64,000 bases of DNA. Source: Massalongia carnosa (Eukaryota). Positions 12,658 to 24,629 of this stretch are shown here, in pieces. The notes under the pieces were generated by a model that did not search any database, had not been told where the DNA came from, and saw nothing but the letters and a program-made list of their open reading frames with translations. The stretch covers positions 186,001-250,000 of the forward strand of contig OZ287078.1 in the NCBI GenBank assembly GCA_965645245.1. Reading direction: 5' to 3'. A program made the position numbers and the translations under genes. Every line of letters begins with the position of its first letter. The first letter of the stretch is position 1.

Positions 12658-12716
12658 AGTAAAATGGCTGTTTACTAGCAAAGATTTACACAAGGACTGT
12701 CCCTAAGCATCTCGTT
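12658..12716 (+). mobile_element. Isolated terminus matching the end of the MULE at 58160-58234
   Basis: agtaaaatggctgtttactagYaaagatttacaca...ggactgtccctaagcatctcgtt occurs at both sites. Confidence 0.7.
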
Positions 12717-12880
12717 AAGCCGGGGCTTGACGTTTTCAGCCTTATAGTTATGGATATCATTCAGCCGCACAACAATAATAGCTTCACTGATGCTTTCTGT
12801 ACCACTCATTTCCAAAGTTAGCCTCTGCACATTCCTACCAGGCTAGTTGTATAACTAGAAGAAAGCTAGGACCTTCTATC

Positions 12881-15800
12881 ATGCCAGATAAAGATTTATG
12901 CTTATTATCTCTTGATGGCGGTGGAGTGCAAGGGCTATCGTCACTCGCAATCCTCAAGCGACTGATGGAGATCATCAATCCGGATGTGCCGCCGAAGCCA
13001 TGCGAGTATTTCGACATGATCGGAGGGACAAGTACCGGTGGATTGATTGCTATCATGCTAGGTCGTCTTGAGATGAATATCGATGAATGTATTGATGCCT
13101 ATGTCGCATTGTTCGATCAAGTGTTTAAAAAAAAGCGGCATCGTGTCACAATAAACGGACACTTGCAGGGGAGATTCGACACGGAAGAGCTGGAACGGTC
13201 GATTCGAGAAATCGTAAAGCGGAAGGAGAAGGCAGGGGAAAATGCTCTCCTCAAAGGATCAGAGAATCAGCAATGCAAGGTGTTAGTGCTTCGAAAGTTG
13301 CATTTACACGTATAATTCTAGTGATACTAATGAAAGCTAGATTTGTATGCGCTCTGAGCAAAGAGACTACCGACACAGTCCTTTTCACAACGTATCCTTC
13401 TCGAGGATCATCAGATATGTACCATAAAACACGAATTTGGGAGGCAGCTCGAGCCACATCTGCCGCATCATCCTTCTTTGATCCAGTTAAAATTGGCCAG
13501 TTTGAAGAAGAATTTGTCGATGGGGCTGTGGGAGCTAACAATCCTGTCGCACATCTTTGGAACGAGGCCAAAAGTGTGTGGTCAGATGAAGCGCTTGAGG
13601 GAAACATTAAATGCCTGATATCTATCGGTACCGGTGTTCCATCCTTGGATTCTTATGGCTCAAGCCTCTTCGAGATTGCAAAAACGTTGAAAGACATTGC
13701 AACAGAGACAGAAAAAACAGCGGAGTCTTTTCATCGAGCGCATTCAGATCTCGACAATGGGAATCGCTACTTTCGTTTCAATGTTTCTCATGGGCTTGAG
13801 AATATTGGACTCGAAGATGCAGCACAGAAGAACAAGATCATGGCCACCACAACCCGCTATGTGGCTTTGGAAAGTGTGATGAAACAAATGAAGCTGTGTG
13901 GAAATAATTTTTCAACACGAGAATGTGCGTCAATGTTGGCTTGATAATTCTTGAGTTACTAAATCCTTGAATAGACACTGGTTCATATAAAGTGCCATTC
14001 AGTTTGAAAGGCTTACCCCGTGTACCCAAATTCATAGCTCGTGATCAGGAGATGAATGACCTTAAGGGAAACCTTTTTCCCAAGCCAACTCGTGAGACTC
14101 GCCGGAAGGTGTTCGTTTTGCACGGACTGGGCGGCTCCGGCAAGACTCAGCTAGCAATCGAGTTCGCTCAAAGATCACAGAAGATTTTTAGTTCTATTTT
14201 TTGGCTAAACGGCGATAGCAAGGAAAGTGTACGTCAAAGTCTTGCACAGATTGCTTGGCAATTGCCCAAAGATCAGATTCCGGATTCATGTAGAAAATTC
14301 TCTAAAATATCCCCTGAAGAGCTAGATGGAATTATTCGCAATATTCTTATTTGGTTCAATCAACATGAAAACAATCAATGGCTTCTCATTTTCGATAATG
14401 TCGATCGTGATAATTCCCCTGAGGTAAATGATCCTCAATCATATGATGTGGAAGATTTTTTCCCGGGAGCCGATCATGGCTCTATTTTAATCACAAGCCG
14501 ATTACGACAGCTTCGACAACACGGGCAGGACCGGCAACTTGGAAGGATGAGCGATCTACAAGGAGCAGAAGTATTACGATGCAGGATAGGACGATCAGTT
14601 GAAGGTAATGAAATTTAAGCAACAGTCTTAATCCAATCTACTAAGCATTATATAGGCCTTGATAGGATCGTCGAGAAAGTGGGTGGTCTCCCACTTGCAC
14701 TTGCTCATGCAGGCTCCTATATCCACGGAACGACTACAAGTGTGAACGACTATATTCGATACTATGAAGAGACTTGGGAGAAGCTTCACAACAACAAAAC
14801 AACCCGATTAAAAGATTATCCTCGTAGCATTTTATCTACGTACACCATTTCCTATGAATATGTGCAACGCAATGACGCGAGCGCTGCAAAATTGCTTAAT
14901 CTGTTTGCATATCTCGATCATTCAGATTTATGGTATTCTTTATTCGTACCTGTACTTGACGAGAGCATTATCTCAAAAGAGACATTACCTATCTGGTTTT
15001 CATGTAGCATGAAGACGGAATTTGATTTTACACAGAAGATTCAAATACTGCTGGATTACTCCTTGATAGAAACACGATATGAGATCTCATCTTATGCGAT
15101 TCATCCAATTATACATGACTGGTGCTTTCACTTGAATCTAACCTCTAACGACGAGATAGCTTCTTTAGCAGTTTCTGTAATCGCTTCCGCATGTCATTCC
15201 ACTGACAGTTCAGCAAACTGGCTGCATCGAAAACGACTGGCTGGTCATTGTAGTTATGTTCACTTCTGGATTGGAAAAAAACCTCAAAACCTCGAAAGGA
15301 ATATGAGATGGGAACAGGTATTATATTTTTCATATCATGCTATTGGCTATTTTGCAAATGAACAAGGCAAGCTGAAAGAGGCCGAAGAGATGTATCTGCG
15401 GGCATTGACAGGATACGAAAAGGCCTGGGGTCCTGATCACACATCAACGCTCAACACAGTCAACAATCTAGGAAATTTGTATAGAAATCAAGGCAAGATG
15501 AATGAGGCCGAAGAGATGTATCTGCGGGCATTGACAGGAAAGGAAAAGGCCTGGGGTCCTGATCATACATCAACGCTCAACCCAGTAAACAATCTAGGAA
15601 ATCTGTATGCAGATCAAGGCAAGATGAATGAGGCCGAAGAGATGTATCTGCGGGCATTGACAGGATACAAAAAAGCCTGGGGTCCTGATCACACATCAAC
15701 GCTTGGCACAGTCAACAATCTAGGAAGTCTGTATGAAAGTCAAGGCAAGATGAACGAGGCCGAAGAGATGTATCTGCGGGCATTGACAGGAAAGGAAAAG

Positions 15801-16448
15801 GCCTGGGGTCCTAATCATACATCAACGCTCGACACAGTCAACAATCTAGGAAGTCTGTATGCAGATCAAGGCAAGATGAACGAGGCCGGAGAGATGTATC
15901 TGCGGGCATTGACAGGATACGAAAAGGCCTGGGGTCCTGATCACACATCAACGCTCGACACAGTCAACAATATAGGAAGTCTGTATGCAGATCAAGGCAA
16001 GATGAACGAGGCCGAAGAGATGTATCTGCGGGCATTGACAGGATACGAAAAGGCCAGAGGTCCTGATCACACATCAACGCTCGACACAGTCAACAATCTA
16101 GGGCTTTTGTATGCAGATCAAGGCAAGATGAACGAGGCCGAAGAGATGTATCTGCGGGCATTGACAGGATTCGAAAAGGCTTGGGGTCCTGATCACACAT
16201 CAACGCTCGCCACAGTCAACAATCTAGGAAAATTGTATGCAGATCAAGGCAAGATGAACGAGGCCAAAGAGATGTTTCTGCGGGCATTGACAGGATTCGA
16301 AAAGGCTTGGGGTCCTGATCACACATCAACGCTCGCCACAGTCAACAATCTAGGAAAATTGTATGCAGATCAAGGCAAGATGAACGAGGCCGAAGAGATG
16401 TATCTGCGGGGCTCAAGCGGCCTACCTGTGCTAGGTATGACATTCTAG
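12881..16448 (+). CDS. Fungal NLR: patatin-like phospholipase + NB-ARC + TPR array (~1135 aa, 4 exons)
   Basis: Exons 12881-13281, 13341-13924, 13975-14604, 14656-16448 splice in frame at GT-AG; patatin DGGGVQG, GTSTG, DGA; Walker A GLGGSGKT; Walker B WLLIFDNVD; ILITSR; GGLPLAL; 42-aa TPRs. Confidence 0.92.
15361..16410 (+). repeat. Highly conserved internal TPR repeats, 126-bp unit, about 8.3 copies
   Basis: Unit caaggcaagatgaaYgaggccgaagagatgtatctgcgggcattgacagga...; differences cluster in a few codons. Confidence 0.95.
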
Positions 16449-16657
16449 GCAGGACAAGGCCTGATGACATATTCAAACGTCAAAATGAAATCAAATCAAT
16501 ACCGTCTGAAAGCTAGTTGAATCTTGCTGGCAATGGTGGAATTGGAATTCTATCGTTCAGTTGAGAGGGAACTTGAAGGTAAGGGGCACAGGGGAGCAAG
16601 GCGTACGGGGAGTTTCAATTTCTTGGCATCTTGTCTCGCTGTGCCAAATCGGATCAA

Positions 16658-16758
16658 ATAGGAATTGAAAGAGAGTAGGGATTAAAAGGGAGTAGTGATT
16701 GAAAAGGGAGACTAACAAGCCCCAGTCATTTTAAAGCCTTGGGCATTTTTTCTGGCTG
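16658..16758 (+). repeat. Direct repeat, copy 2 (partner 11927-12030)
   Basis: About three 17-bp units plus ccccagtcattttaaagccttggg. Confidence 0.8.
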
Positions 16759-17459
16759 AAGATATCATGTTTCACAGGAGTTTAATATCGTTTTTTAATA
16801 TTGCTACTATTGTACATAACGGTCTAAATAGTGGCCTCAAGGATAAAAGGATTATCTCTGACTTCATGTGTGTTGCGCCGAGATGCTCTCCATCTATAAC
16901 GCGGTACATGTATGATTTAGGCAGCCATGTTAGATGAATGTTAGATGGAGGCAGCTATCTTTCGTAAGAATACAGTGATTGATAGATAAGGTCAGCATAC
17001 CCACGATTGCCCCCGAAGTGAGCGACCCAAGTCTGACCTGTCCATGGCCGATGATCTGGGCCGTGATGATGAGTCTTTAGACAGAAGGGACATTGTACGT
17101 ATACTCCTAGGCTATTCCATTCGGTCGCTGTTACAATGGTACGGTAGCTATGATTTTGAAGACGGGATGTTACGAGGGAGTAGAGGAGCTGAAATTGGGA
17201 GCTAGAGCGATACGAGAGTTGATGCTGATGATGACGCAGCAGTCATAGGCTACAAGGAACGAAGAACCCATAAGAACACGGGATGGTCATGAGACTTACC
17301 ATTCGACGCATCGAAAACAGCAGAAGGGTATGAAATTAGTCAAGCTCGATGCCGAACCGAAGCTTTTCTATGGGGAGGCAACTTATTATGGCCGCTCGTA
17401 AGGTGGTGACCTCAAAAGGAATTTATATAACCAATCTGCACGCAAAGGCCGAATGACAG

Positions 17460-19600
17460 TCAAGTGGGCGTCTTGTGAACCAACTCCGCATGGTTCTGCA
17501 AGTGCATTGTGCTTGTCAAAACATCTTGACACCTTGGATGAGGGCATGCGATCGGATGACCGTCTTGGTGATGACGAAGGTGTTTTACAATGGAAGTGCT
17601 TTTTCAAATCGTAGCGGCTGTGGAAAGACTTCAGACGTGTCTCGGTGGGTAGCGCTACACAGTCGAGGTAAAAAGATACATTGAGTGGGTTCGCATTCAA
17701 TCGGGATGGAGTCTGAAAGAGAGGCCGGATCGAGGACAGATGGTGGTGTCAGATGCCGTTCCTTGATGACCGACGCGGAAAGTTTTGGACGACGTGGACG
17801 CTTGCCTTCCTGCAAGCAACAAAGGGCTGTCAAAGCATTGATCGCTTCCACCCGCAGTTTGCACTCTTCCTCTGGGGATGACGTCGCGAAGGTGAGGAGG
17901 GTATCGATGACGCGGACACGCTCCTCGAAGACGTAATCCTCTGCCTTCGCCGTCTCCAATTCTTCCGACGGCAGTCCTTTCAGCTTTCGTTGAATGTCGA
18001 TCACCGGCTGCTCCCTCTTATACCTCGCTTTGACCTCTTGTAAAAGAGCCTCCTCTGCCGCTGTTTTATGTTGCGATGAGCTTGATACGCCTTTTGGTAC
18101 TTATTCTACACTGATGTCCCCTTCATGCTCGCGATGGGTCCATGTTTGTCTTTGATGAACTGGAGCATTTTCATTTGCCTCCGGCGAAGGAGTCTCACCT
18201 CTGGGTGACGATCGACCTGGGCTTTTTGGGCGTCATTGAGCTTCCGAGGCCGTCGTCGATCAATCGTACGACTCATTCCACTGGCGAGTCGCATCAACGC
18301 ACTTTACGGCTTCAAACCACGATAGGCGGCACCGGTATCACTTGTGATATACCTCGAGAGATAGCTTTTTAAGAACACGGTGGAGTTGTGATGTTGCAAA
18401 ATCAGATTCCGTTGCGATTCACTGATGAAGCCTGTGCAAGGGTCAGCGAAAAGCTCAAAAGAAGATTGACAGAGGTCGTGTTACAAACTTGCTGTTGTCG
18501 AGAGCTTCGCTATTGCCGCGTCGAAAGATGTATGAACTGGTGGGAAGCTTCATGCCGGTGACGCTTCCAAGGGTTATCATCCGTGAGCGAAGAGTACTGT
18601 CAGGCAGAGCTTTGTCATCCGAAATTCGAACCCCATTCACGGTGAATTAGGATCAGCGGAAGAGGAGAACGTGTAGCATCGTTTCCTTAAGGGGAAACGG
18701 CAACTTTTTCTGTCCCGGGGGGATCCGGATACGGAATAAGTGTTTGGCAGAAATCAATTCGGGAGCGGCGAAGGCCTGATCCATAAAGATCAAAGTGAGT
18801 AGGTTCAGATGAGGACAAAGCAGCAGGCATGGTTCGTCAGGCTCGTCAGGAATCCTGAACTCGTTTCTATGATACTTGTCAGTCGTTCAGCGAAACTGTC
18901 CGTCTCGACGAAGAAAGCACAAAAGGGCAACACGGACGTTTCTTTATCGCCTAGATAGCCTTTCGTATTCTTGAATGCGATTTCAATCAATCGTCGAGGA
19001 AGCTCCCCTCCTTTGAGATCCGGAAGCAAGGTGATCTTAACATCTTTGTAGCACACACCCAAGAGGACAGCAGGACGGTTGTCTGTTATTCCGGCTAGCT
19101 GCATGATCAAGGCTAGTTGTACACGGTGCCGCTCGTGATTAAAGACGATCTCGACGAACTCGTCCTCGGCCCGGATGATGAGCTTCTTCTTCTTCTTCTC
19201 AGTCCGTGCATCTGGCTTTTGATAAGCGGGTCGATCTCTAGACAGCCAGTCTCTTTCTTTCGCACTAGGCAAAAAACATTCCAGTATGTTTGCAGGGTAC
19301 TAGCCGCACTAAGCCGATCTTTTCGAATGAAGAGTAGAAGAAGACGTAGAGGATGTTGATAGAGATCTCCTTGAGAGTCATGACGGGGTTCTTCCCAGTG
19401 AATTCGCAATATCTGTCAGCCTCGATCAGACTTCGCCAGTCCACGATAGTAGTAGTAGCATCTCCTTACCGATACCAAAGGTTCTTAATCCAGCTCTGTA
19501 GATCCTCGCTGCTGTCCTTGTAAACTCGTTCAGGGAAAATTAGAGTCGACGAGCGTGGACGATAGGTGATCGACGTGAAGGAGGGACGGCGAAAATGAAA
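17460..19600 (-). pseudogene. DUF3435-type tyrosine recombinase (Starship captain-like) with C-terminal C2H2 finger; degenerate
   Basis: RHRVQLALIMQLAGITDNRP, FKNTKG, CLLLCP, SYIFRRG, QRNLILQHHNSTVFLKSYLSR, MSRTIDRRRPRKL, C-terminal CPHPRC..HLQNHAELVH; introns, frameshifts and a TAA at ~18304; start not identified. Confidence 0.85.
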
Positions 19601-21073
19601 GTGGGAGAATAAGAGGGTTGGAAAAGCGAAGATGAAGGGTAGATGGACACGAAGAGAAGGGTCGTCAGAGATGATGGGAACGGAGGGGAAGCTGAGCAGA
19701 ACAGCCGATTCTGGAGGTCGGGGGGCACGATAAAATAAATACCTGGTGTCGGACAAGGGCCATGAGAACCAGCTGAGTGATGATGCTTGAGGCATGAAAC
19801 GCTCGCCGTGGTGAGGTGGTGCGCAAGAGCGACCGGGGACGGGTAGGGCGGCGGGAAAAATCCAGCAATATAGAAGCTGAAACAAATAATATGAAGAGAG
19901 AAGCTGCAATTTATGATTTAAAAGTGGAGGACTGAGCGCCTTGAGGTCTACTTTCGCGTTAGCAAGTGCGTTCTAGACGTGCGAACTAGCTAACTTGCAC
20001 TCGATATGCGTTTGGGAAGAGAATTTTGATATGTGGCTTTTAGATGGCAGACAGTCTTTAATTATAAAATCTTACAAGTATTCCTCACAGTGATGAAGAT
20101 GAGAGATGGACCACTGCATTTCATTTCAGGCTTGTTTTCTCTGCCCACAAAAAGGTCAGTAATGTTTTGATCTCGAAAATATAGGCACACATTAACTCAC
20201 TTCTCAATGACTCATAGAGGCCATCTCTTCTATGTTTGCTAATAAAAAGCACACCAGGCTGTAATTAAATAACAAGGGTGTTTACATTGATATATGACCT
20301 CGGTATAATCACACATGTTAAGATGAAAGGCAGCAGAAACGAGATTAAAGAATCTAACAACCTGGCGAGAGATGGAAGTGCTTCTGAAGGAGAGTGAGGT
20401 TTAAATAGACTTTGCATATACGGCGAAGAAAGCCTCTTTCTATATGCTTCCCGATCTCGTTCTCCAGACAAAGTCATGATCCTGCGCCCCTAATCTCAAC
20501 AGAGCAGAATATATAGTCATCGCACATTCTTGTCCAGAACCCTCCAGCAATAGTGAGCTGCATACTTTATACTAGTCAGTAGATGTTTCATGACTAAAAT
20601 CATTGGCTGACGTAAAGAAGACCGAGCCCATAGGGATCATAATCCCATAAGCTGCCTTCACAGCGAATCAAAATATCATGTACGCCACAGATGTCTCCGT
20701 TGAGGACATACATGAAAACCGGGGAACCATACGGTCTTGGGTAGATTGGAGCTGAATTTCGGGTGAAACTGGCCTCAGGTGATAGAGCAGCAGTGACGCA
20801 CATATCCGCTTGAGAATCTATAAAGTCCTCAGTTTGAAACAAGATGTCAACCTTTCTGACCAAGCACATGGATTCAGGAAGGATGAAAAGACTGTATTCT
20901 GTATGTGGGAAATGCCCACATCTAGCTACCTAGAAAGGAAAAGGGGTCATGGCGGCAACGATATCAACCCCGGCAAATTGAGGGGTAAAGGTGGGAAAGA
21001 AATGGCGTAGTCTTAGCGGCATCTGCCGCGACAGGGGGTCGAGGATCGGCGATGAGAATCGACCGCATTCAGG

Positions 21074-21147
21074 TTTGACACAAGATCAACAATCTGGAAG
21101 ACTTTGTATATTTGACACAAGATCATCAATCTGGAAGACTTTGTATA
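21074..21147. repeat. Tandem duplication, 2 x 37 bp
   Basis: tttgacacaagatcaWcaatctggaagactttgtata twice. Confidence 0.85.
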
Positions 21148-21812
21148 CCCTAAACCTGCTAACAGCAGCGAAGGATGTCCTTCGATGTGCTGAACCTATT
21201 GAGGTTCGTGAATAGAGGAGAATTCTTGATAATATGAATCTCTAGAAGGAAAGCTCTATCTCAGTAGCTAATATTACATTATGTGCGGCGAGCTAGCCCA
21301 CACTAGTTAGGCCTAATAAGGCCATGCTATCCCTTAGGCCCCTGAGCCACCACCTAAGATCATCACTTAGGTTCACACGATGTCAGAAATTGGTCTATCT
21401 GATTGACGGATGAATTCTGCTTGCTCTGAGATTGAGTTGTCGAAGAGTGAGATAGCCGATGGAGAGGCTTAAAGTGTTTAGAATACTCGCTTAGCCCCAT
21501 TAGTTCTAGCTCAGCCCTGCTGGCTACCATGACTTTGTCGGACTAACGGCAGAGATTATGTAATAAGCGAGACAAGCTCATACAAAATTCTCTTCTTGTA
21601 AATTTAGGCTTAGAGGATTCATCATAAATCCATCAATAAATCAATCATCTATTTCACTATCAAGAGATATTCTTCTGACGTAAATATAAATCCATAGAGC
21701 TCATTGTTATCATACATTCAGCTCAACATCATTTAACAGGTTATGAGCCCGGTTAGCCTATGGTGCTGCCGAGTGATTTTCTTGTGTCGGTTTCGAGGTT
21801 ATACATAACGAG

Positions 21813-24490
21813 ATGGCGGACCAACGCGACTCCACAGACCCTAATACACCAGCAAGCATGACCAGCCCTTCCCCTCCTCCCTCTTCATCTTCTGGCCCCG
21901 ATGGGCGGTGTTCAAAAGCGGTAAGGAAAGGGGATTTAAGGGCAGAGCCCAAGCTAGGTGCCGATAATTATTTAACCTGGGCGGAAGAGATGTGGATTCA
22001 GCTCAAAACTATGAGAGTCCTCAAGTTAGTAGAAGGGAAAACCCCTCAACCAGATACAGTAGCCCGACCAAAAGACTTTGATGAATGGGACCACGATGAC
22101 ACCAACGCAGTGAAATGGATACGGGCCAACTGTGAGAAAAGCCAATTGACTCATCTTCGAAATAAAACAACATCCAAAGCCGCCTGGGACGCTCTAAAGA
22201 AGGTCCATGGAGTCCACGCCAGAGGAAGAATCAACTATTTATTGAAGGGATTCTGTACCTACAAGGCTGGATCTAGCGACTCTATCGATGATATAGCAGG
22301 GGCCCTTGAGACCTTACGAGTCCAGATTGCGGACATAAAATCGGAGTTTGAGCCTCACGATGCGTTGATGGCCATAGCCCTGATGAGTGCCGTGGACGAC
22401 TCTACATTTGATACAACAAAGCTTTTATTGGAACGGGAACCCGAGCTTACCTTGGAAGCAACTAAGGAGGCCTTGAAAGCGACGGAGCAGCGACTAAAAC
22501 TCGAAAAGGATGACTCTGTCGAAGATGCCCATCGAGCGGATGCAAAAAAGGGTAAAGGGCCACCAAAGAAGTGCGGCCATTGCGGGAAACTTGGACATAT
22601 CCGAATCTATTGCTGGAGCTGGCTCGATGACACCGACGAAGGCCAGGAATGGGAACGCACCCATCCTGAGCAACGGAGGAAACCGAAGTCCAAATCCGAA
22701 ACATCAAAACCTGAACCCAAATTGAAATCATGGAGTACCACTAGGCCTAACTCCACGAGAAATACCAGTTCTTCCAACTTCTGTGGCCGAAGCAAAGGCA
22801 CTGCCCGGCCGGCCAATGAAGAGGACTTTGACGATGGTGCCAGTGAGGATGAGGGGTGGATGGCCGTGGATGTAAAAGAGGAGGTTATTGATGAGAAAAT
22901 TGAAAAATTAGAAGAAATTTTTGAAGTCCGTGAAGGTGCAGAGGATAAAACTAGTGGCTGGATCCTAGACTCTGGTGCTTCACGTCATATGACCTATATG
23001 CGAAATATCTTCACGAAAATTCGAATACCACCGCACCCCAATTCGAATTGCTAATGGTCAGAGGCTTTGGAGTAAGGGTAAGGGTGATATTTCTGTGGAT
23101 ATCGATGGTGTTGCCATTCGCATGACCGACGTTTTTATACGTACCCCAACTGGATGCAAATCTACTGTCTATTTCGGCATTAAACAAAAAGGGGTTAAAT
23201 GGCTTGTTTCATGGAAAAGGTGTAGAGATCCTGCGGAAGGGTACCTCAGTGGCCAGCGGTTTTCTTAGAGGACGTACGTATTTCTTGCGGACTTCTCAGG
23301 TTGCCTTACAGGCATTCGCGGAAATCAGCGAAAATATCGAGGAAGCCAAACCCGAAGATCCTAAATCGTCGAACAAGCCTACAATAACAGCAAGCGATTG
23401 CACGCGAGGAAAATCGGTATCACCTGTAGGTCAAGAAAGGCCAGAAGAGCATAAATACAGGCTGTGGCACGCCCGAATGGGTCACCCAAGCCCAGAACGA
23501 CTCCAGGATTTACACCGCTATGCGTCTGGAATAACTTCTTTTTCACCAACTGTTACACAACTTTCATGTTCTATCTGCAACTTTACCAAGTTAACTCGAG
23601 TGGTCAGTCGTGAGCCGTTTTCGAAAACAGTCCGGCCATTGGCCAGGATTCACACGGATATCTGGGCCCTTATCGTACGCTAACCTCGGAGGCCATTCGT
23701 ACTTTATTTCATTGGCTGATGACTTTAAACGGAAGTCCTGGCTAATTCTCCTTAAAACCCGACGGACCATTTATGGAGCTATCAAAGAATGGATCGATGT
23801 CGTTGAAAGAGAAAAGAATCAGCAGGTAATCAAATTCTGATGCGATAATGCTAAGGAGTATAAATTCATGGAACTTATTCGACCCGATGGCATTCGCGCT
23901 GAACCCACTACACCGTATACTCCAGAACAGAATGGAGTTGCGGAACGATATAACCGAACAATCGTTCAAATGATTAGGTCCATGCTCGTATGGGCGAAAT
24001 TGCCTCATTCCTTCTGGGGAGAAGCAGCAATGACTGCTAACTATCTCAGAAACCTCCTTCCTACTGCCAAAGTTGACCAGTCACCCGAAGAAAAATGGGC
24101 GGAGCAAAAGCCGGACATCTGCCATCTACGCACCTTTGGCTGCTTGGTTCACGTTCATATCCCGAAGGAAAATCGATCCAAGCTGGATGAAGTATCCTGG
24201 CAAGGAATTTTCGTCGGATATCACTCTTCAAACCAATATCGCATTTATAATCCAAAAATGAGCAAGGTAGAATGGCATACTTCAATTAAGTTCCTAGAAA
24301 ATACACCCGGCCATCAAATGCATTGACTGGCGTAAATGGCTTATAGCAATAGACGAGGAGCTTTGTGCCCTCATTGCTAATGGCACATGGGAGTATTGTA
24401 AGCGGTCGCATGGCAGAAATATCGTGACGTCCAAGTGGGTATTCAAGATAAATATACGGTCAACAATTTCATAGACCGCTACAAGGCCCG
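21813..24490 (+). pseudogene. Copia gag, protease, integrase and start of RT (frameshifted)
   Basis: CCHC knuckle CGHCGKLGHIRIYC; WILDSGASRHMT; LWHARMGH..CSIC; IHTDIW; QNGVAERYNRT; KWVFKI. Confidence 0.9.
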
Positions 24491-24629
24491 TGTTGAATAT
24501 CCAACTCCTATCAGTACAATAAACATAGCATCTAGGAAACCGTAGAAGCCGCATTAGGCCTAGTCCCAAGATAAGATAAAGATCACCTCGCTTAACAGAA
24601 GGTGACCAGGTGACCAGTAATACACGTAC

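Noticed and set aside
19466..19909. 147-aa ORF upstream of the captain
   Set aside because: Mostly pyrimidine-rich leader-like sequence; only its last ~20 codons look like captain coding sequence
20600..20869. 89-aa ORF resembling pre-ankyrin regions of fungal proteins
   Set aside because: Short fragment with no diagnostic domain
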